DNA of 64,000 nt, from the NCBI GenBank assembly GCA_010405405.1, contig MU004233.1, positions 1,862,566-1,926,565 of the forward strand, in the 5' to 3' direction. Source of the DNA: Microthyrium microscopicum. Its lineage: Eukaryota. Under the pieces are notes generated by a model that did not search any database, was not told the DNA's origin, and was given only the letters and a program-made list of their open reading frames with translations. The stretch's first letter is position 1, and each line of letters begins with the position of its first letter. Made by a program: the position numbers and the translations under genes. Shown here in pieces: positions 1-12,114 of the stretch.

Positions 1-469
1 AAAGCCATTCCCAGTGAGTTTCGGTACGGAGAGGTACTTCGGCCTCAACGCTTTCAAGCTTATCAGCCCCGACGGCAAAGAGACATGGACCCGCTACCAC
101 ATCCTTCCCACTGCCGGCTATCAAACTATCGAGGATGCTGAAGCGGAGAAGAAAGGTGAGAATTATCTCTTCGACGAAGTCAAGGAGCGCGTAAAGAGTG
201 GTCCAATTGGATTCAAGATCATGGCCCAAATTGCAGAGGAAGGTGATGTTACCGACGATATCACCAATGAGTGGCCGGATAGTCGAAAACAGGTGGAGTT
301 GGGGACTTTTGAGATAAAAGACGTAGTGGAGGATAGTGAGAGTGTGCAGAAGAATGCGATCTTTGATCCCATTCCGAGAGTCGAGGGGATTGAACCTTCT
401 GCGGATCCCATTTTGGAGTTCAGGGCAGCGTTGTATTTGATTAGTGGACGAGAACGTCGTGCGGCTTGA
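1..469 (+). CDS. Catalase-related heme peroxidase (SrpA-like), 3' part only
   Basis: Frame is open from the window edge. Motifs YFGLNAFKL, DITNEWPDSR, FDPIPRVEGIEPSADPILEFRAALYLISG (R-x-x-x-Y heme ligand) are typical of short catalase-like proteins. Confidence 0.8.
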   Translation, partial: KPFPVSFGTERYFGLNAFKLISPDGKETWTRYHILPTAGYQTIEDAEAEKKGENYLFDEVKERVKSGPIGFKIMAQIAEEGDVTDDITNEWPDSRKQVELGTFEIKDVVEDSESVQKNAIFDPIPRVEGIEPSADPILEFRAALYLISGRERRAA

Positions 470-2802
470 TTTGATATGATGTAGTCGAGGCTGTAGGTTG
501 CTCACAGTCCGTTGTAGCTCCTGGGATAGTAATGTCTATGGTTATAATCTGATATACTTGCATATATGCCTTGGCGCTACAGTACCTTTCGTGGTGAGTT
601 TGACCCATTACATTGATCTAGATGATTGCGACCTTGCTCTTGAGAATTGTACAGTGTTTCAAGCTACAAGGAGGTCACAGAACCACCAGGTAGAAGGCAA
701 GGTGAATACCAAGTTCTGCTGATACTGGATGAAATACATGTTTATACAGAGTCTGGGATTACTGGAACAGTTGGATCTTATAAAACCTTTTGAGATTCTT
801 GTAGAATAGGGTGTATGATGAAGACAAGTGAGTCAGCACCATATCATGATCAATTGCGGCAACGGCGACATCGTGCAGGTGTGCCTTTGGCTCTCGCAAA
901 GGCCCTTCGAGCTCATCAGAGTTGATTTTCTGAACAAAACAGTATTTCCATGAAACGGTAATGTAGGGAGATATATTGGAGAGGTTGTCCCATTTCTTAG
1001 AGTTGCGAGGGCAAGCATAGGCACTCGACATGCAAAGAGTACCCTGGGGTCTACATACCTCCTAGGTAAGGTAGTGGAATGGAGTAAGACATTGCAGTGG
1101 GTTTGATCCACGCATCAAGGATTGCTTGAGACTTGAATAGCAAGAACGATAAACGACAGCAAGGGAAAAACCTGGAGTTGACAAGGTTAGCTTTACAATT
1201 GACAGGGAAAGAATCGAGGATCAATTTCAAGGGACGGGAGGCTGGAGAGATCGACGAGGCTGGAAATGTCCAAGCTCTCCAGCTTTGATGCAAAAGTTCC
1301 TGGCCCAAACGCTTGACCGTGGCGTCCATTTCTTAATCGGTTCTGTTTCAACTTCAAGCATAATGGGTCTTGCTCAAGAAATGTCTTTGACTCGCCTATG
1401 AGCCGAATGAGGAAGGAGATTGGATTCACCCACAAACAGTGAGGGGAAACCAACAGTATATGGAGTATAGTAGAATCCTTCTAAAGTCAAAAAGATAAAC
1501 ACGCGGCACACTAAGAAAGCATGAATATCAAGTGTGCAGTAGTCTTGTATGGCCAGGCTCAAGATCACGGGAACTTGGAAGACATTTGTGGAGAAATCTC
1601 CCTTCGGAGTTTTGATTATTACGATTTAGCTTGGGTGGACCGTGACGGTGAGTGTGGCTTTAATATTGTAATTTGATGTTGATATCGGATTTGAAATTCC
1701 CGGATCTGGAGTATTTGTTGTAACTACTAGCGGCATGAAGATAGGAGAATATTAAATCTACTCGAGCTTGACAACGCGCTATCTTTATGAAAGGATTACT
1801 ATCGAGTGCGATACCTAGATGCCAAAACACTTCTTCAAAAGAGACTGCTTTAACATTCATTGAGTGCGTTATTCAGATGTTACGAAATTATCCAACGCGA
1901 TGGCGTCTTCAACTTCTGATGTACCCAATTGTCTAGAATCAAAGTTCTGAATTGGGGGAGAAAACTTTCTGGTGATACAACTGAGTTATCAAGCTCCATA
2001 CATACCTACCTACCGATGTGATGGGAACCGATTGGTTTTGTGGGAAACTCTGTGGGACAGGATGGCATTCGTTGTTGCATTTCTGCACGACTGATTCGCG
2101 TCCAATTGTACTGTACACTGTACAGGCCTTGCTTCATTTGTCAGTCAAGTTGTCTTAAGATCTTGATGCCAAGCAGACGCCTCGACGCAGCGGTCCCAGC
2201 CAGCCCAGTTGTTTAAAATTTGGACGGACCCCAGCCGCCACAGCCCACAGCACTGCTTGTTTTACGTGGCGTGCTTGGTTGGCGTGCATTGATGAAATCT
2301 GGGCGATGTTGGCGATCCGCGCAAGGAACATCGGAGCTCCTCACGCGTTCCAGGGCGTTCCTGGTCTTATCTTGCCCGTTGTATGGCGAGTTTGGTGATT
2401 GTGAACCAGAAGCACGGTTGTGTAGCCAAAATCCCATACGGGTCTTCCCAGATCTTGGGATCTTTCTTCACCTTTTTTCGTTCAGGAAACAAGCTACTGT
2501 ACTGTGTACCTTCATGCTGTTCGCTTTACGCATGTACATGCATTGACTCCGCATTGCTGTTAACGCTTTGCAGCAATCCGGTTTCTCAACTTCTCAGCCA
2601 GCCGTTCGAGCCTGTTTTTGCTGCGCTCTCCCAGTCTTTACCAGACCCCTGTTTACGTTCTCGACCTGGTTGAGATATTACAGGAATCCCAGTAAACTCT
2701 CCGAATTGCCTTTGCCCGATCATCAACCCTTAAGGAATGCCAGGACACACCCCGAACACTCATTCGCTGCAGTAAAACGGTGTCTGCCCTCCCTGCTTCA
2801 AC

Positions 2803-5800
2803 ATGGGGAACTCGAATTCTGTTCCAGAAGGTCGCGAAGCTCGTCGTGAGGCCAAGTCCGCCAAACAGAGCAAAGAACACAGGAGAATTCAACTCAAGTC
2901 CACAACCATGAATCCAGCAGCTTCATGGGCTCAACCTTCGAGTATTCGTTCTCCTACCACAGATTCATTCCACACCGAGCCTAGTCCAAGGAATGATGAC
3001 CAACTCGACCATTATTCTTACGACGAACTGCTTCGCTTGCAGTTGCAAAGTACCTCCCAGGTTCACTTGTCCCCAGGCACAACTTTAACTCCCAGTCGAT
3101 CACAAACGACACTTGGAATGAGTCCAAAAGCTATTGATATCCAATCTGCTCTCTCCATTCTCGAGGAGCTGAAGAAAACTGCTACTCCTGAAGAACTCGT
3201 TGCTTTACGTAAGAATTCATCCTGTACATTGGCACGACCCAACGCTGACAATAACCACAGATAGAGCCCTGTTACCCACGCGCTCCGAGACCCCTACAAT
3301 TGCAGAAATCAGACCATCGATTGGTAACGTTGTTCGTTCAATTTCGACTGAAAACATTCCTGGTACGGCATCCCGAAAAATATCACACACCGCTCTGGTC
3401 GTCAAGAACGACTCGAGTCCAGCATGGGATCCTGAAATACTTGATGCATCACCGTTGGCCAAAATCGAAAAGTTAAATGATGAAAGTGGACATCTACCAC
3501 CTCGTTCACAAACACCAGCTGAATTTGCCCATCTTGGAACTATGCAGCTCGGTACATTGTCAATTACCAATGGCGCTCCTATTTCTCCTGGACCAAGTCT
3601 AGTAGAAGCTGTTCGGCACAAACCCTCGAGGATATTAGTGAACGGGCAGTGGAAGGACGAGGAATATTTTACCGCCGAAGAATCAGGACCTGACACCGAC
3701 CAAGAAGAAGAGCATAGAAAACATAAACCCAGCCCCATAAATACCACATTCGGCCCTTTATTACAACCGACAACGTCTGGTGCTGAACAGCGAAGTGGTA
3801 GTCCCTTGAAAAGCGAGATCAGAACCTCAAGCTACGGATCATCCGTCGTAGAAACACCAGCTGTTGAGGAATCATCTGTTAAAGAGAAAAAGCTGCCAAA
3901 GGTCAAGTCACGAAACAGGCTTTCAAAAGCAGTGCCTGTGAAGAAACGCGCAAGCCGCCTCATAGACTTTGTACAAGATGAGCTACCTTACTCGGATGAA
4001 GAGGCCATGGCACCTCCCAGAGCTTCATTCCACTCGAGAAATCACTCTGAGCTGTCTGCAGAAGATTTGGCTATGGAATACCAGGCAGGTGAGTTTTGTT
4101 TGTTTCGTCAATTCGGTGAAATGTTTTTGTTAATGTTCTTTAGGTCTGCCAGACAGTCCGTTTACCGGTGCCAGCCCGAATCCAAATGTTTCTCCACCTT
4201 TGGAACCAGTCAGCCTTGATGAGGAATTTAGTGAAGACGTTCAGCTCAGCGAGGAACCACAGGAAGTGGACCCTCATGATGATCGTACCGGCTACCGAAG
4301 TGATTCTTGGTCTAAAACGATTACTGCTCAAACAGCACTTGGTTCGCATCCCCCAGACTTATCGGAAATACCTGCTGTAAGGACTTTACCTCGCCTACCG
4401 AAACACAAGAGTGACTCGGGCTATTCATCAGCTACCGCAAGCTTCTACGCACCCGACGATAAGATTCACAGACCAAGTACTTCCAACGCCGCCAATCAGC
4501 GGTTTGAGCCATCAGTCTCTCCAGAACCCGCCATGCAAGATACGCAAGATGAAAACTGGCCTCTTTCATCTACTCACACGCCGCAACCTCAGACACCTGA
4601 AGACCCATATCAGACTCTGGAGACTTCCCCAACTTCTCCCGTTGAGTCTAACGTGCCCGAGATTAGCCCTTCGGCTTCGAGGCCAAGTCTACCAGATTCA
4701 AAGAAGAAATCTTGGATGGGATCGAAACTACGTCTTTCTAGACTTATCTCTTCCGATGATGGGTCAACCAAATCCAAGGTTTCATTGGTCGAAACAGTGA
4801 ATGAAGAACCAAGTAAAGAGCCAAAAACGCCAAAGAAGCTACAAAAGAGACGGCCATTCTCGACGCAGACTGCTCCTCCAGTCGACTTTTCAATCCCACG
4901 CGTTCCAAGTGCTATGGTCTTGAGGCTCACAGATCGCACGAACTCATTTGAGGATCGACCCAGTGAATCGGCTCGTGCTCAACCAATGCAACAACAGCGA
5001 ACAGCTGATTCATTTGAGGATCGACCTAGTCAATCGGCTCATCCACAACTAATGCAACAACAGCGAGCGGTTGAATTGTTTGATGAAAGGCCCAGACAAG
5101 TGCACCATCGTCAAAGCATGCAACCGCAGCCTGTTAAACCATTCCAGGGCCTATCAAATGAGATGGTTCGTCCACAAGTCAGACACGCTCAAAGCGATAC
5201 TCGCCCAAAGACACATTCTGGAGGGCATCAAAAACGACGCAGCGACTTCATTCAGTACCGACAAAACTTACCAATGCGCGCTCTTGATTCTAATCAGCAA
5301 TACCAGTATCAACACCAACATCAAAACCAGAATCCTTCCCAACATTCTTCGCAGCTGGCAGTACCTGAACAACTATCTCGGCCAAGCTCTTCCGGTTCCT
5401 CTCAACGACGTATGTCATTTGGTCGATTTGGCTCTGGTAAACGACCAAAGTCCTTATACAGCCAGCATGCCGATCCAAACTCAGACGATGATTTGGACAT
5501 CCAACTCTATCCCGCCTTGGGTTTAGATTTTGCTTCTGTTACGACTTCCATCGGCAAGGGACCGTACGATATGATTCCACAGAAGGACCAGCCTCAACGA
5601 CAAAGTGTCCAGCGACGAGTCTCCTCAGGCGAGCGACCACCAATCCCTCCAACACCCAACAACCAGCCAAGTTTCCGTGGCAAAAATAGGCCACGGAGCT
5701 TTCACGGTCGCAGCGCTCAACTCCCACGACTAGGCGAATCACAATTCGAAGGACCTTCCGAGCAACAACACAATCGCATGCAAGCGCGAGGCCGCCCAGG

Positions 5801-6275
5801 CCACTCACCCGATGGACGCCCTGCTCGACCCAAGAGCATGGGTGCTCCACGCCAGCGACCCTCATACTCGGAGCATGATCACCACCCGCTACCCCAACTC
5901 GCGCCAAAGCACTGGTCAGAACACGATGATCAACCACTGCCGCAACTCGCACAGCAGAATGACTGGACGGAGCAAGAGCAGATCTGGCGTCAACGACGTG
6001 AAGGTGCCAACCGCGCGGCGCCTCGAAGCAATGGTGGCCCATATCCGATGATGAGCGCCAATTCCACGGGCATGCTGGACCTACCCACCATTCCCACGAA
6101 ACCTCGCCATCGACCTGCCCTTCCCGGACGTCCAGTGAGCGAGATCGTACCGCATAGAAAGAGTCAGCCTGAACTGCGCACTCGATATTACGCTCAGCAG
6201 AGAATCAATCAGGTTCCTGTTCAGCATATGAATCCTCATATTGCAAAGAGGACGGAGTTTGTCAGTCAATACTAA
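2803..6275 (+). CDS. Large, mostly disordered Ser/Pro/Gln-rich fungal protein of unknown function; 3 exons
   Basis: Three ORFs joined in frame by GT-AG introns 3209-3260 and 4089-4143. Begins MGNSNS (myristoylation-like). Short ordered-looking blocks ILEELKKTATPEELVALHRALLP and LGTLSITNG. Confidence 0.75.
4942..5130 (+). repeat. In-frame degenerate 66-bp (22-aa) tandem repeat, about 3 copies
   Basis: tcatttgaggatcgacc...atgcaacaacagcga recurs at 66-nt spacing, encoding SFEDRPSESARAQPMQQQR / SFEDRPSQSAHPQLMQQQR / LFDERPRQVHHRQSMQPQP. Confidence 0.8.
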
Positions 6276-6846
6276 ATCCTTTGCTCGACTTGGTTCTGCC
6301 AGCAGCTCTAAGATTTGGAGTGAAGTTGAGATAATATTTGGGAATCGTGCAAGTCCTTGCCAAAGTAGGCAGGAAGCTGGTCTGCCCTTTCCTTTTTCGC
6401 AAGGCCTGTTTTGACTCCAGCTCGATCTCGCCTTCAGCATTCTATATTATACCCTTTTGGATTTGATCTCTTTACCCTTTTTTGTACATATACTATCCTG
6501 CATCAGAGATCTTTGTATTTGATGGTTTTCTGATTCGATTCTGGCTTGCGGATAATACTCACCAACCGCACAAGAATAATGAGCATACGGCCTTGATGAG
6601 TTTAGCGGGCAAGGTACAATAGAATAATGAGTTACTTCTTAGAGCGCATACGGCTCAGAAGAACTAAATAATAACAATATTATTGCGTTAGTCACCACAT
6701 CGAGACGCTCCTGCAATTTAACTATCATTCAACATTCACTTGAATCCTGTATAGGCCAAGAAGGGCGGGTAATGGAATTATGGCCATATTGTGAAAATTT
6801 ATCGGACGTTGATAGTTCACGAAAGACAGCTCAAGCTTTATTCCAT

Positions 6847-8239
6847 TTACAAAAGTACCCAGCTCGCTAACAACAAAACCGAAGCGCCCACTAGCGACGC
6901 AGATAGCGAACCTGCTCCTGAGGCCATCGTTCCCTGTGGCATCATACCAGTCATAGTCATTCCTGGCATTCCAGTCATACCTGGCATACCCGGCATCATA
7001 CCGCTCATTGTCCTACTTGGCGCCATACCCCCAAGCCCGGTAGCCATGGAAGTTGACATTACCATTGGCGCTGACATGGTCATTTTTGTTCCACCAGATG
7101 CCTATTTGCTCATTAGTAAAGGTTCGGCAGAGAATGGCGAAGGAAGTATATACCGAGGTTGAGGCTATAATCGAGCGAGAGACGGATTTTCCAACGCTCA
7201 TAGGTAAGCTTGCCATAGACGTGGCCATGGACCTGCAACTGTTTAGTATGGAAAGGCGTGAGTACAGATATGGAGGATGTTACATGGATCCCGGCATTTG
7301 CATTGATCGGGATGCCCCAGTCCCAGGCATTGAGGTCGCACTCAATGAGCCCGCTGAAGAAGTGGCCTCTGCAACTCCCAAGCCTATATTCGTTAGCTGA
7401 TTAGTCTGCTTGAGAGCTGTGGCTACATACCAGTGGTCTGGGCGGGTTCCGGCTTCCCATCGAAAGCGGCCATTATGAACTTCGTCGACGCCTTCTGATA
7501 CGGGGTCCCTACAAACTGATTAGCATTCACCGACTCTTGAGCAACGCGTTTCACATACCGGGGTCGTTGTAGGTAAGATGCGGGCCTATCGAGTTTCCCC
7601 TCCCGCACACTGGATCCCCGATCGCGCAGTTCTCGAATAGTTTGCTGTTCAGCATTGGAGGAAACGGAACTCCCCCCTTCTGTAGTCCAGGGTCGCCATA
7701 CATGACCATGGCGAGGATTTTTTCCTGCTGGATTTCCGCCGGTATTTGTGCTGCGGCTCTATGAATGACGGCAGCGCCTTGTGAGTAGCCGACGAGAGCG
7801 AACTTTTGTTCGGGGCAGGCTTTATCTTGAGCGGTCAGACGCTTGACGATGTCCATGGCACCGGTTGCGACTGAGCTGTTAGAGCGGTCGGCTGGGTACT
7901 ATGAGATTGTTAATGATTTGGATCCACTGGGTATTAGGATGTGGGACTGACTTGGACAGCATATCCTCGAGATCCTGGCATCAATTTTGTGATGTTTGCA
8001 ACCAGTGGATCACCGACGACGACACCGAATGGACCGGGTTCTGAAGTTCCTCGTGCTATAAAACCATTTTATCAATAATGAATCGAACAACATTGAGAGA
8101 TTGTATACATACCAACTATGACTTCAAAGTTACTGCATCCTCCTGGTGCTGGACCAAATGGAACTGGTACCTTTCCCAAATCATCAAAGTTTTGAGCCTG
8201 TACGGCAAGTGCCAGAAGTGGAATGCTAAGATACTTCAT
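6847..8239 (-). CDS. Cutinase (CE5) with signal peptide, Met/Ser/Thr-rich linker and C-terminal GPI-like signal; about 7 exons
   Basis: Assembled across 6 GT-AG introns: MKYLSIPLLALAVQA, C...ARGTSEPG, ACPEQKFALVGYSQGA (catalytic Ser), YGDP, CAIGDPVC, HLTY, then a Met-rich tail ending GAGSLSASLVGASVLLLASWVLL. Confidence 0.88.
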
Positions 8240-9326
8240 TTTCAAGATTAAATAAATTGATAACGAAATGTAAGGAAGAGAAGTCTAGAATCAATCTAGA
8301 GTCTGAGCCTGCAGAGAATGAAATATCTCCAATGCCTGCAAGTGGAGTATCAAAGATAAAAGCAATGAAAAAGCCGAAGGACTATAACTCGTACTAGAGC
8401 CTCATAGTGGGAGAATATTCGATTTTCTATAGAACCAATCCATCAGCATTCTGGAAGTAGAGAGATGCATTTTGTTTATAGGTACATGAGGGGAATGTTT
8501 CTTCAAAATACGTCGTCTGGTTGGCTGGCTCTATAGGGTTTGACAGTTATGAATCTGTACATGCAGCATATGCTCTAATGGAAGCGTCCAGGACCAATAA
8601 AACAAAAGAGCAAGACAAACCCCTGTTTTGTACCTCGAATATCCGAGAGAAGGATTTATCTTCCCAACTTGGTAATTTGGAGGTGGAATGGACATTTGTT
8701 CCATGTCATCTGCAGAATCCATCACAAACGAAAAGACAGCCTTAGGGACTTTACCACACACCTCCAAATCCGAATTTAGAAGCTCTTGAGTAAGGACACT
8801 ATGAATAGCGAAAGTAAGTCACTTGGACGATTACAATTTCACTTGTGCTTACGTTTAACTCTTCAGCCTGGATTACGGGTTTCAACCTGCCCAGCACAGT
8901 CAATAATCAATTTTGCAACTTGCGCCGCTATGAACTACCATATAAGGAAACTGTTATCAATGGTCCAAGCAACCTAGGCGTCACCTACGCCGTTTCACTT
9001 GGGCCAGTCTGATGCTTGTAAACTTCTTGGTCCATCCCGTGTACAATAAGGCTGACCACAAGGCTGAGCAAGGGTAGCTCCCAAAATCGGCCCGAAAGTA
9101 GCCATCCACGTGATTCGGCTTCACTCCCTGTCCGCATATTTTTTTGGAAGGTGGGCAACTTTTTTTTTACAAACTCCATCCCACGCAGCTTTCCACCACC
9201 ACCAACCAACCTCCATATCAGAAATCAGTAAGGGCGAAGCTCACGCTAAGGAACCCTTACGATTACATCCAGCTCTCATACCACCATCACCACCATCCAT
9301 CCCTTTACTACGAACCATCTATCAAA

Positions 9327-9925
9327 ATGGCCCAAGAAGCTGCTGCCGCATGGCCCCTCGCCGACGACAAGCTCAGCCAAACGCTGCTTGATCTCGTACA
9401 GTAAGATCTACCACCACCCAGAGCTGGGGGTATTTGGCTAACATGTTATAGACAATCTTCGCATTACCATCAGCTCAAGAAGTAAGCTCCATTCCACGCG
9501 CGCGCGATATACCATCGTCACAGAGCTATACTGACTGGATACAGGGGAGCCAACGAGTGCACCAAGACTTTGAACCGTGGTGTCAGTGAATTGATAATCA
9601 TGGCCGCTGACACAGCACCTCTCGCGTAAGAACTTCAATATCTCTGTCGCGGAAATGTGAGCTGACGAGTGACAATAGTATTCTCCTTCATCTCCCACTT
9701 CTGTGCGAAGACAAGAACGTCCCATATGTCTTTGTGCCTAGCAAAGTCGCATTGGGTCGCGCATGCGGTGTTTCGCGCAGTGTCATTGCCGCGAGCATTA
9801 CGACTAACGAGGTATGTGATTATGCGCGCTGGGCAATATGACAAGAGCTAACTTGTTGCCAGACCTCCGAATTGATGAACCAGATCCAGGAGGCGAAGAA
9901 CCAGGTTGAACGATTGATGATCTAG
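9327..9925 (+). CDS. SNU13: Snu13/15.5K L7Ae-family protein (box C/D snoRNP and U4/U6 component); 5 exons
   Basis: Introns 9401-9451, 9482-9544, 9626-9678, 9812-9862 give AWPLAD...[16 protein letters not shown]...[32 protein letters not shown]. Confidence 0.97.
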
Positions 9926-10150
9926 GCTTCCTACGCAGGCTGGGAATCATGGGATAGTCATAGGGCGGAGGGCTATTGGGTAGCAATGAAGTAGTCAGTA
10001 CCGACTGTGGTAATGATGAATTATAATGTTTAGAATTGTTGAAAATCACAATTCATTTTTGATCAAATCATGTGTGCAATGTCAGCCAGAGATGTTGTCT
10101 CATTATATGCATTTTCGCGTATCAAAAGTGGTATCATAGAGTATATCTGC

Positions 10151-11514
10151 TCATATCTTCCTCCGCTTTGCAAGCAGTGACTTGTAAAAGCCCTTCTTCC
10201 CGCTTCTTTTCTTCGTCTGTAGTTCTTCATATTTGCGCTCAAACCGTCCCGTGTTCTTCTCCGCCTTCAGCGTCTCACCCACAAAGCTCTCGTTTCGATC
10301 CCGCTTCTTGATGCGCGCGCTGAAAAACTCTGTTGGTCCTTCCACTATCGTTCCAACCTGCGAATACTCCGGTATCTTGAATTTGCCCTGCTTCTTGTAC
10401 ATGCGCTTTGGATCCAGAACAGCACGCATTGATAGAAGCTGCAAGTCGCGCTTGAGTTCAGGTGTGATTTTGGTGCGCGGTAGATCAAAGTGTGTTGACA
10501 AACCGGCAGGAGCTATGACGTGGATACAGTCAGTATTGGGAAGATGGAGTTCGAGTATGTGTTGTTGAGAGTGAAGTTGTGTCAGAGTAACTATGATTAT
10601 AAAGCTCTCATTGGTCTGACATGAACCCAGAATGGGACAGAGGCCAGTCGAGCGAAAATTTGGGATAATACTTTCATCATAAAGGTACTATGGTGTAAGC
10701 AGGAAATGTACTAACCTTGCTTCTTCTTGGCCCGTTGGACGAGGACTGGTTCCTCAACTATGCGGCCTTTTTCTGCGAGTGCGCGCTCTTTGGGGTCGAT
10801 CAATTCTTTGGCATTTGGTCGTGCAATCTTGGCTGAGCTGCGCATATATGGTTTTGGTAGACGTTTTTCTGCGGCCCGCTTGTCAACCACCATGGAATCC
10901 GGAGTGGTGGCGAAGCGTTGGAGGAGCTCTTGTTGTTCTAGGAGACGTTTTTCGGCTGCTAGGAATATGGCTTCAACACGATCGCCGGTAAGTTCTTCGT
11001 CAGAGTGGTCGTCAGGGTATAGTTCACGCCAGGATTTGCAGTCTTCTGTGGAAGAGCCGCCATTGTTTCGGCTGTGAAGGATGTAGTGAGGTGTGTATAT
11101 CGCTTCTGCGTATCCATCCTCGTGGTCAGAGTCTGGAGTGGATAATGCTTCATCGTAGGGGTCGAGTAACCAGAGATCGTCACTGCCGGTAGCAAGCAAA
11201 TCCTCTTCACTTGAGTTACTAGTTTCTTCTGCTTCTTCAATATCATTGGGATAGTCGGTGGCTTCGTCTTCGAACGTGGCAGAATCGTAGCTTTGGTGCT
11301 TTTCAGTAGTACGTGAATGCGGCATGTTTTCGTTGAGGTCTGATTGTGGTTCGGAGCGATCTTCAGACGAGGTTGAGGAGTCTGTTAGGTATTCGATTGT
11401 AGGGGAAGGTGTAGGAGTAAAGACATGGGGTGGAGAGAGAGGTTGAATGGTCTGTGAAGAAGTTGAAGAATTAGAGGAGTCGTCTTTAATGGTAGACGAA
11501 GAATAAGCGGACAT
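10151..11514 (-). CDS. FCF2: rRNA-processing protein Fcf2 with a long acidic N-terminus; 2 exons
   Basis: C-terminal Fcf2 domain FDLPRTKITPELKRDLQLLSMRAVLDPKRMYKK...PEYSQVGTIVEGPTEFFSARI. Intron 10513-10715 joins the exons in frame. Confidence 0.9.
10578..10685 (-). ncRNA. Intronic box C/D snoRNA, probable snR63/SNORD46 equivalent (guides LSU rRNA 2'-O-methylation at the yeast Am2256 position)
   Basis: Box C ATGATGA (10680-10674) and box D CTGA (10585-10582). The 11-nt guide TCATAGTTACT (10596-10586) next to box D is complementary to conserved LSU rRNA AGUAACUAUGA. It lies in an oversized 203-nt intron, about 50 nt upstream of the branch point. Confidence 0.85.
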
Positions 11515-12114
11515 GGGTTTGAAAATCAGACACTGATAGCCAGTCTGCAATAAAGAAGTAAGGTAACTATTGTAGATGGGCTGAAAATTGCCGATTAGTG
11601 CGAGCGGCGGACTCGATTAAAGAAGGTAAAAGTGTGGGTTTGTTGGACGATGTTGACTCTTGAGGATGGGCAAAATTTAGAAAAATCTTTTTGCAGTGGG
11701 ACGAGGCGAAGAGGTTGGTTGGAGCTTTGAATCTTGGCATCCCCATTTCCCCGCACTGCTGTTCGAGCCCTCGCTATTTTTAGTGACTGCGTGGCCACTA
11801 CTTAGGGGCCCGGTAGCTAATGTTAGCTGCAATGTCCCTAGACACCCACATTCTCAAGTCAGAGAGTACGGATATCCGTATCGGTGCGGTTCAAGGAGTA
11901 TATCAGGCAGGAATGGGAGTCAATTCATCCATTCATGAATTATAAACGTAGCAAATCAACCTTCTGTATTTGCTGATAACTCGGCATCTCATTTGAAGTA
12001 TCTGGAACCCACAGAAAGCAACCTGAACGTCCCTTGCTAAATACACCCGCTTTGAAATGCCATTTTAATCGAAAAGAATCCGGATCAATCGTGAAATGCA
12101 TCTCAGAGTCAAGA

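Noticed and set aside
759..2070. Run of short minus-strand ORFs with some splice-like signals; possible decayed gene
   Set aside because: No consistent frame or recognisable motif could be assembled, so it cannot be distinguished from non-coding DNA by eye.
10012..10020. ATGATGA (box C-like) downstream of SNU13
   Set aside because: No suitably placed CTGA box D or rRNA-complementary guide follows.
11575..11700. RRPE-like TGAAAATT motifs upstream of FCF2 (and at about 24885 upstream of the methyltransferase)
   Set aside because: Short AT-rich motifs expected by chance; plausible for ribosome-biogenesis genes but unsupported without conservation data.
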